DNA of 36,704 nt, taken from NCBI GenBank assembly GCA_964636545.1, contig CAZWSR010000005.1:1-36704 (forward strand), in the 5' to 3' direction. The notes under the pieces were generated by a model that saw nothing but the letters and a program-made list of their open reading frames with translations, had not been told where the DNA came from and made no database searches. Below, one piece after another: positions 26,761-34,401 of this stretch (position 1 is the stretch's first letter; each line of letters starts with the position of its first letter). Made by a program: the position numbers and the translations under genes. Origin of the DNA: Candidatus Undinarchaeota archaeon (GTDB taxonomy: Archaea; Undinarchaeota; Undinarchaeia; Undinarchaeales; UBA543).

Positions 26761-26891
26761 GGGGCTATGGTGTAACCTGGGAGCATAAGTGGCTCCAAAC
26801 ATCTGGAGCGTTGATCCTTCGGGAAATGATAAATATCAAAGCTTGCAGTGGTAGAAACCACTAGGCCAGGGTTCAAATCCCTGTGGCCCCA
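26761..26891 (+). tRNA. tRNA-Trp(CCA) with 58-nt intron at 37/38 (26799-26856)
   Basis: Acceptor GGGGCTA/TGGCCCC, anticodon stem AGTGG/CCACT with loop CTCCAA^A, T-arm CAGGG-TTCAAAT-CCCTG; relaxed bulge-helix-bulge at the junctions. Confidence 0.95.
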
Positions 26892-26939
26892 CCTCTTATC
26901 CCAATATTTTTATACTGTATATTCTAACACAGGAATAGC

Positions 26940-29612
26940 ATGACCGATTATAACCATAAAAAAATAGAGCAGAAATGGCAAACTGCTTGGCAAGAAAAGA
27001 AAATATTCAAAGTTAAAGAGGATTCTAAGAAAAAGAAGTATTATGTTCTTGAAATGTTTCCATACCCTTCAGGCAAACTGCATATGGGACATGTTAGAAA
27101 TTATTCAATAGGTGATGCTTGCTCACGATTTAAGCGAATGAATGGTTTTAATGTTCTTTATCCAATGGGCTATGATGCTCTTGGACTTCCTGCTGAAAAC
27201 GCTGCTATCAAAAATAAAACCAGTCCAGACAAATGGACTAAAGCAAGTATGAAGCAGATGACTGAACAGCTTAAAGAACTTGGTTTATCTTATGACTGGG
27301 ACCGCACAATTGCTACTTGCGATCCTGGCTATTATAAATGGAATCAATATGTTTTCACAAAGTTATTTGAAAAGGGATTAGTTGAGAAACGACCAGCGCC
27401 TGTAAACTGGTGTCCAAAATGCGGAACAGTTCTTGCAAATGAACAAGTTGAAGGTGGAAAATGCTGGAGATGTAAATCAGAAGTTGAAATCAAGAATCTG
27501 GAACAGTGGTTCTTTAAAATCACAAATTATGCAGAGGAATTATTAAGTGATATTGATGACAAGCTAACTGAGTGGCCTGAGCGTGTTAAAACCATGCAAA
27601 AGAACTGGATTGGCAAAAGCAAAGGTGTTGTATTGAAATTCCCAATTGTTGATTCAGATACTATTCTTGAAATGTTTACAACTCGTGTTGACACTCTTTG
27701 GGGAGTAACTTTTGTAGTGCTTGCTCCTGAAAATCCACTTGTTGAAGAACTTACAAAAGGCACAAAATATGAAAAAGATGTGAAGGCCTTTGTTAAGAAA
27801 GTTGTTTTGCAGGACAAATTTGAAAGAACAGCTGAGAACAAGGAAAAAGATGGAATGTTTATTGGTAAGTATGTGAAAAACCCTGCAACTAATGAGGAAA
27901 TTCCAATTTATATTGGCAATTTTGTGCTTATGGAATATGGCACAGGCGCGATAATCGCTGTTCCAACACATGATCAGCGCGATTTTGAATTTGCAAAGAA
28001 GTACAAAATCCCAATGCGTGTTGTAATTAGCCCAGAAGGTCACGAACTCAACCCTGAAAAAATGGTTCGCGCATATATGGATGAGGGAGTTATGTGCAAT
28101 TCAGGTGAATTTAATGGCTGGAACAACAAAGAAGCAATTGATGCAATTGGAGAATACTGTGAAAAGAAAAAATGGGGTGAAAGAACTACCCAGTACAAGC
28201 TGAGAGATTGGTTAATTTCAAGACAGCGATACTGGGGAACACCAATTCCAATTGTTTATTGTGAAAAATGTGGAGCAGTCCCTGTTCCAGAAAAGGATTT
28301 GCCAGTAAAACTACCAACAGATGTTAAATTTGAAGGAAAAGGCAATCCAATTCTTACTTCAAAAACTTTCATTAATGTAAAATGTCCAAAATGCAAAGGA
28401 AAAGCAAAGCGTGAAACAGATACAATGGACACTTTTGTTGACAGTTCTTGGTATTGGTTCCGATATTGTGACCCGAATAATATCAAAAAACCTTATGACA
28501 AAAGCACAGTAAAGTACTGGAATCCAGTTGACCAGTATATTGGCGGTATTGAACACGCAATTCTTCACTTACTTTATTCAAGGTTTTACACTAAAGCAAC
28601 CCGCGATCTTGGATTACATGATATTGATGAGCCATTTAAGCGCCTACTTTGCCAGGGAATGGTGATTAAAGATGGAGCAAAGATGTCAAAGAGCTTAGGA
28701 AACACAGTTGACCCAGGAGAAATTATCAATAAATACGGTGCAGACACTGCTAGAATGTTTATGTTGTTTACTGCATTGCCTGAAAAAGAATTAGAATGGA
28801 ATGATCAAGGTGTTGATGCAGTTTACAGATTTATTTGTAGAATGTATACGCTTTTTGAAGAATCGAAATATACTGACAGAGCAATTAAAGGTGGTTTGAA
28901 GAGCCGAGATAAGTACATTTTAGCAAAAACACACAGCACAATTAAGAAAGTTACTGGATACATGGAAAAATTCCAATTAAATGTTGCAATTTCCGCAATG
29001 ATGGAACTTGTTACTGAACTTAATAAATATTCAAAAGAATCAAAACCAGAAGTAATGCAAGAAGGTTTGGAGAAACTTGCTTTAATGATTTCACCATTTG
29101 CACCACATCTTGCTGAGCATTTCTGGGAGAAACTGAAAAAGAAAGGATTTGTTTCACTTGAGAAATGGCCAGAACCAGCAAAGAAGTATTTAGATGAAAG
29201 TTTTGAGCAAGGTGAGAATTTAGTAAGAAGTACTTTAACTGATATTAGACAAGTTATTGAAATTGTTGGTAAACAACCAAAGAAGATTATGCTATTTGTT
29301 GCACCTGAATGGAAGCGAGAAGTTTATGCTGGAGTAAAAGCTGGAAAGCAGATTGGCGATTTCATGAAAGATGAGAAGTTTAGGAAATTTGGAAAGGATA
29401 TTGCAAAAATGGTTCCTGCTTTAATGAAAAAGAAAGAACAATTGAAAGAGAAAGTAATGAGCCAGAAAGAAGAATTAAAGATTTTTGAGGAGAGTAAAGC
29501 GCAAATGGAAGAGGCATTGGAGTGTAAAGTTGAGATTATTAAAGCTCAAGAGTCAAAAGAGGATAAAGCAAGAGTTGCAGATGCTGAAAAGCCTGGAATA
29601 TTAGTAGAATAA
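26940..29612 (+). CDS. leuS: Leucine-tRNA ligase, bacterial-type core with archaeal-type C-terminal domain
   Basis: [84 protein letters not shown]. Confidence 0.98.
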   Translation: MTDYNHKKIEQKWQTAWQEKKIFKVKEDSKKKKYYVLEMFPYPSGKLHMGHVRNYSIGDACSRFKRMNGFNVLYPMGYDALGLPAENAAIKNKTSPDKWTKASMKQMTEQLKELGLSYDWDRTIATCDPGYYKWNQYVFTKLFEKGLVEKRPAPVNWCPKCGTVLANEQVEGGKCWRCKSEVEIKNLEQWFFKITNYAEELLSDIDDKLTEWPERVKTMQKNWIGKSKGVVLKFPIVDSDTILEMFTTRVDTLWGVTFVVLAPENPLVEELTKGTKYEKDVKAFVKKVVLQDKFERTAENKEKDGMFIGKYVKNPATNEEIPIYIGNFVLMEYGTGAIIAVPTHDQRDFEFAKKYKIPMRVVISPEGHELNPEKMVRAYMDEGVMCNSGEFNGWNNKEAIDAIGEYCEKKKWGERTTQYKLRDWLISRQRYWGTPIPIVYCEKCGAVPVPEKDLPVKLPTDVKFEGKGNPILTSKTFINVKCPKCKGKAKRETDTMDTFVDSSWYWFRYCDPNNIKKPYDKSTVKYWNPVDQYIGGIEHAILHLLYSRFYTKATRDLGLHDIDEPFKRLLCQGMVIKDGAKMSKSLGNTVDPGEIINKYGADTARMFMLFTALPEKELEWNDQGVDAVYRFICRMYTLFEESKYTDRAIKGGLKSRDKYILAKTHSTIKKVTGYMEKFQLNVAISAMMELVTELNKYSKESKPEVMQEGLEKLALMISPFAPHLAEHFWEKLKKKGFVSLEKWPEPAKKYLDESFEQGENLVRSTLTDIRQVIEIVGKQPKKIMLFVAPEWKREVYAGVKAGKQIGDFMKDEKFRKFGKDIAKMVPALMKKKEQLKEKVMSQKEELKIFEESKAQMEEALECKVEIIKAQESKEDKARVADAEKPGILVE

Positions 29613-29784
29613 ATAGATCGAACCAATTTCTACAGAATTGTTTAACCCCTTCTGAGCGAAGCGAAGAATGGGGTTCATGCAGTACGAACTGTACTCTGCA
29701 GTTCCACTCAAGAACCAATTAACAAATTTCACCAATTCAAATATCGACAGAGGGCCTGAGAAACCTGGTGTTTTGGTAGAATAA
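29613..29784 (+). mobile_element. 172-bp insertion scar: hairpin element plus displaced copy of the leuS 3' end
   Basis: 29758-29784 encodes EKPGVLVE* versus leuS EKPGILVE*; internal hairpins flanked by GAACCAATT direct repeats. Confidence 0.6.
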
Positions 29785-29785
29785 A

Positions 29786-30628
29786 TTATTCTAATCCCCT
29801 CAAATATTTCCTAATTGTATTTGCATTCCACAAATGTACTATTGCAAGGATTCGTGGCTCCCTTTTCAGCTTTTTCTTTAATCTGCGGTACTCTCCAGAA
29901 ATTCTGCGAGCCATGTACCGTTCCCGATACCTATCCATGCTGTGGATTACTAATGAAAGCTTCATATCATTTCTCAAACCTTTACTAATTGGTAAGAAAA
30001 AGAACATTGGCAAAATCAATTTATGCATCATTCTGTCCCACATCACACCAAGTTTCGCAACTTTGTCATCAGAAACATTATTTTTGTACGGATTTGTTGT
30101 AACAAGTGCATTATGCCGCATTATTCTTTCAAGAATATAGAATGGATAGTGCAATATATTTGAAATTTTCCAGAGAATATCAGGCAATTGCTGGGTTTGA
30201 ATTATTGCTTTTGTCTGCACAACATGCTCCTTGTCAAATTGCTTCAGCATAACCTTCTCTAATTCCTGCAAAGGCACATCCATTGCATGCAACCTTGCTC
30301 CTGCTTTCTTTGCTTCCTGCATTACGTGGATTTCACGGCCTTCGGTTTCAATTGAAGCTAATTCATCTTCTTCAAGTTGGCCAAGCAAGAACTTTTTCAA
30401 TAAATCATGATCAATATTCTTTTTGCTAGCTTTGATTTCCTTAAGCAGTTTTTTCTTTAGAGCAGAAACACTGAGTTTTCCTTTGGAATAACTATCTAAA
30501 ATTTTCTGGAATGGATCAGAAGGAAGTTCTAAAAAGACTGCATCTGGCTTCTGCTTTTTGATTTCATGTGCTTCATAAACTGCATGAGCAGTGTCATACA
30601 CACCTTCTGAAATTATTCTAATACTCAT
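29786..30628 (-). CDS. Divergent TraB/GumN (TIKI)-fold protein
   Basis: KPDAVFLELP, GREI...AKKAGARLHAMD, RERYMARRI and ILAIV follow TraB motif order; both GxxH motifs altered. Confidence 0.7.
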   Translation of the reverse strand: MSIRIISEGVYDTAHAVYEAHEIKKQKPDAVFLELPSDPFQKILDSYSKGKLSVSALKKKLLKEIKASKKNIDHDLLKKFLLGQLEEDELASIETEGREIHVMQEAKKAGARLHAMDVPLQELEKVMLKQFDKEHVVQTKAIIQTQQLPDILWKISNILHYPFYILERIMRHNALVTTNPYKNNVSDDKVAKLGVMWDRMMHKLILPMFFFLPISKGLRNDMKLSLVIHSMDRYRERYMARRISGEYRRLKKKLKREPRILAIVHLWNANTIRKYLRGLE

Positions 30629-33600
30629 TGCTGGAACCTCTTGTTATAGTAACTCTGCTTCTTTTTGGCACCAGGTGGTAATTGTGGCTGAATAGGTGCT
30701 TGTTTAGGAGCGCCCGGGAACTGTCTTTGTGCTGGTGACCTTGCTGGAACACCTGGACGAGCTGTTACAGGACGTGTGCCGGGCCTTCTGCCAGGCATTG
30801 GCTTGGTAAGCGGCGTTCTAGCTGGTTTTGAGGAAGCAGTTGGAGTAAAATGGAAATCTGGTTCCATACTACTAGAGCTTTCAACAAGTGAACCGATTCC
30901 GATTTTGTCAAAAGCATCCTTTAACCAAGGAACTTTATCTGCAGGTAACCACCCTTCCCTCAGGGCAAGTATTACTAATCCAACTATTACAAGTATGATA
31001 ATGATTATGATGATAATTATAAACACAAATCCAAATCCACCGCCACCATCAGATACTGCTTGCACATTTGCCTGTGCAGTTGCAGACAGCATTGAATCCA
31101 TTTCAAATATTGTGTCCTCTGCACTACCTAGCGCTACATTTGCACTCATTGCATAATCTTCAGCACGCAAGGAATCTCCAGAATTCATTGCATTTTCAGC
31201 ATCAGAAAGTGCGCGTTCTGCTTCACGTATCTTCTGTTCTGCACCAGAAACAAGACCTTGTATTTCAAGTGATGCAGATGTACCAGCGCCTGCTTTAGCT
31301 TGTGCAGTTCCAAGAGAACCTTTTGCACGATTTAATCTAGATTTTGCATCATCAATAAGATCATTGCTACCAGATTCTGAAACTTCAAATGTAACTGGAA
31401 CTTTTATTTTATCAAGAACAGACCCATCTTTCTTGTTTTTGAATTCAAAGTCAAGGTTGAGAACATACTTACCAACATCCATTGGTGCACCGAACTCCAG
31501 CTTAAATGACGCACCTGACTTAGAAAGGTCAATTGTTTTTGTTGGAATGAAGATGTACTCTGAAGTGTTTTCACCTATTAAGACATCAACTGTGTAATCG
31601 CTTGCTTGACCATTTTTGATTGTAGGAATTATTGTCTTGTCAACTGAAGCACCAGGAGAAATTGTTCCAAGAGACCAAGTGTTTATGTTAAGTGTAGCAG
31701 AAAGTTTTCCAACTACTATTTTATCTTTTGTTTTGTTATCACGGATAGTTGTATTGTTCTTGACAATAGGAACGCGATTATATGCAATATATTTGACATT
31801 AATTTCCTTGGTTTCAACACCAGAAGCAGTTAAATTGAGTACCCCAGTGTAATTGCCATTTTCAATATCAAAAGGTAATGTTAAATTCAAGTTGAGAATT
31901 GTCCTGTTACTTGGACCAAGGGTTGTGTTTTCAAATTCAAATATTAATCCATGTGAAATTAATGATTCATCCAATGTTGCATTTAGGCCTTCGATTGTAA
32001 GATTGTTATTATTTGTAACTGTAACTGTCTTTCTAAGTGTCCTATTGCTACTGGAATTTATAAAAGAAACATTTTGTGGGAAAACAGTAAGTTCAGCTGG
32101 AGGCACAACGTCAAATGAAAGTGCTTTGTATAGTTTCTTAGTTGGCTCATTAATCAAGCGAGCAGTTATATCAATAACATATGATCCAGCCTCACCAAGA
32201 GGAACATACGCACGGTATTCCTTTTTTACACCACTATAAGACATTCTTCCAGAAGTTCCGCGCATTGATTCAGGATAATCAAAAGTATATGTAACTGAAA
32301 GCATTTCATCAGTTGTTGCTATTGCACGAATAAGTGCAACTTCATTTGGAAGATATTGAGCTTTTCCAGAAACAGCATTTAATGATTCACCTTCAATTGT
32401 TGGAATAAATGTGAAAGTTTCAACAGTTCCCCCAACATCACCTTTTGAATGTGCCATAATTTCTACAACATACTCGCACTCGTCTTGACTGCATGCTGGT
32501 TTAGCAATAACATCATTGAATTTCTTGTAAACATCTGGTAAAGAAGGTTCTAATGAAACCAAACCACCAATTGGAGTTAATTCGCAGTTGTTTTTCAAGT
32601 AAACCTGATATTTTGCACCACTACCATCACCAATTATATCTTCAGTTGTTGTAAAAGAAAGAACACGGTTCTCGTTAATTGATGCATTAATTTCTATTGT
32701 ACCTGCTGTTGCGCCTTGCTGTGCAATACCTGCTGTTGGACATGGAGCTTGATTATAAGTGTAAATAGATTCAGAAACAGTGCTCAAGCGAGGTAGAATT
32801 GGTGGATTAGCAAGCTGAGGAACTCCATCAAAACCAGGATAAATTTCAACTGCAGCTTCAAGTGTTTTGCTGGAACATCCTCCAGAAAGGTCGCAAACTT
32901 CAAAAGTTATGTCGTGAACTCCAACTGAGAGCCCCTGATATTCAGAATCAAGATCAGAGAGGCTAAGATCTTTGTCAATACTTGAACTCCAGGAAACAGT
33001 AGTCAGATCAAGATTGTCTTCAACATCAGAAACTTCAGCCATAAATGAAACAGCAAAGTTAGTTGATGTTAAACTTGGAGTTACTGCCATCTCTAATATT
33101 TCAGGTGGATTGTTTTCCTGAAGAAATGCATGAATCAAATTGCCAGTAACAGTAACTGCAGAAATATCTGTTAAGTGATCTCCATCAAGATCGCCAATAC
33201 CAATTCCAAATACTTGGTTTTTGTCAGTGGTTAAGGAATATGATGGATTGGATGGTAACCGGTTTTGTTCATTTTGAAGAAAAATATTGATTTTGGTGCC
33301 TTGTCCATTAACAACTACAACATCATTCAAACCATCTTGATCAATATCACCGATTTCTAAATCAATTGGGTATCCTGCACCAGCGAGGTCCATTACAGAT
33401 AGTGAATCAAAGCCGAAACCAATGCCAGGGACATGGAAATATGCAACAACGTTGTCAGGATTATTACCACCATCACTATTTTTACCAGCATCACTATTTC
33501 CAACAACAATATCATTTAAATCATCACCATTTATGTCCCCAATCTCAACACTTTTAGTATTAGAATACCCAAACCCTGCTTGAACTAGTTGTTTTGAATT

Positions 33601-34401
33601 GAAAGTTTTAGGAACAATAGAATTTTGGTATTGTATTACCACACGACCAGTTCTTGTAACTAAAACAATATCATCGCGAGTGTCAGGAGGAGCGTAATTT
33701 CCATTTTGAAGTTCGCCAATATCGCCAACAGCAATATCATAAATCGGATCAGAAACATCATCTTGAGTTATGTCAATAGTTGTATCACAATTGAATGTTC
33801 CATCCTGATTTTCACATACTAAAAATTTTGGAGATTTTAGATTATCACCATCAACAGTTGCAACACCAATTACAATATCATCAAGACCGTCACCAACAAA
33901 ATCTCCAGCAGCAATTGCAGTTGGTCTACCTGCATTAAAATTACCAACCCCTGCTGCAATATTCCAATTAGGAGCAGATAAACGTGTTATTGTGTGACCG
34001 CCTTGCGGATTTACAGTTATTGTTACAATATCAAGGCCACCTTCTCCATCAAAATTTCCATATGCAATTCCAAATGGCGTGTTTGCAGATATGCTTGATT
34101 TTTGTTTTAGAGAACCACCAGATAGTTGATAAATATTGAGAATACCATTTGCAAAATTGAATCTGCTTAAATCAGTGTATTCACCCCAGTCTAGATTATT
34201 CAAAATAATTTCAGCTTTTCCATCATTATCTAAATCAACTGAGTCAAGGAAAGTGGACTTGAAAAAACGGATATTTCCAGAGTCTCCTGTTGTATCAATA
34301 TCTGCTGTTGTGTCCTGCGGAAATGCATGAACTGCAGAGAAAACAAGAATTAGGGAAAGTAAGATAGCAATTATGAGAGCTGCTTTTTGCACGAATTTCA
34401 T
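30625..34401 (-). CDS. FG-GAP/VCBS-repeat membrane-anchored surface protein (adhesin-like)
   Basis: Seven DxDxDG-like loops (DLDNDG, NFDGEG, DFVGDG, a degenerate GDIG..DTRDD, DINGDD, DIDQDG, DLDGDH), Ig-like stalk with many N-x-S/T sequons, coiled coil, poly-Ile TM, Pro/Arg-rich tail. Confidence 0.9.
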   Translation of the reverse strand: MKFVQKAALIIAILLSLILVFSAVHAFPQDTTADIDTTGDSGNIRFFKSTFLDSVDLDNDGKAEIILNNLDWGEYTDLSRFNFANGILNIYQLSGGSLKQKSSISANTPFGIAYGNFDGEGGLDIVTITVNPQGGHTITRLSAPNWNIAAGVGNFNAGRPTAIAAGDFVGDGLDDIVIGVATVDGDNLKSPKFLVCENQDGTFNCDTTIDITQDDVSDPIYDIAVGDIGELQNGNYAPPDTRDDIVLVTRTGRVVIQYQNSIVPKTFNSKQLVQAGFGYSNTKSVEIGDINGDDLNDIVVGNSDAGKNSDGGNNPDNVVAYFHVPGIGFGFDSLSVMDLAGAGYPIDLEIGDIDQDGLNDVVVVNGQGTKINIFLQNEQNRLPSNPSYSLTTDKNQVFGIGIGDLDGDHLTDISAVTVTGNLIHAFLQENNPPEILEMAVTPSLTSTNFAVSFMAEVSDVEDNLDLTTVSWSSSIDKDLSLSDLDSEYQGLSVGVHDITFEVCDLSGGCSSKTLEAAVEIYPGFDGVPQLANPPILPRLSTVSESIYTYNQAPCPTAGIAQQGATAGTIEINASINENRVLSFTTTEDIIGDGSGAKYQVYLKNNCELTPIGGLVSLEPSLPDVYKKFNDVIAKPACSQDECEYVVEIMAHSKGDVGGTVETFTFIPTIEGESLNAVSGKAQYLPNEVALIRAIATTDEMLSVTYTFDYPESMRGTSGRMSYSGVKKEYRAYVPLGEAGSYVIDITARLINEPTKKLYKALSFDVVPPAELTVFPQNVSFINSSSNRTLRKTVTVTNNNNLTIEGLNATLDESLISHGLIFEFENTTLGPSNRTILNLNLTLPFDIENGNYTGVLNLTASGVETKEINVKYIAYNRVPIVKNNTTIRDNKTKDKIVVGKLSATLNINTWSLGTISPGASVDKTIIPTIKNGQASDYTVDVLIGENTSEYIFIPTKTIDLSKSGASFKLEFGAPMDVGKYVLNLDFEFKNKKDGSVLDKIKVPVTFEVSESGSNDLIDDAKSRLNRAKGSLGTAQAKAGAGTSASLEIQGLVSGAEQKIREAERALSDAENAMNSGDSLRAEDYAMSANVALGSAEDTIFEMDSMLSATAQANVQAVSDGGGGFGFVFIIIIIIIIILVIVGLVILALREGWLPADKVPWLKDAFDKIGIGSLVESSSSMEPDFHFTPTASSKPARTPLTKPMPGRRPGTRPVTARPGVPARSPAQRQFPGAPKQAPIQPQLPPGAKKKQSYYNKRFQQ

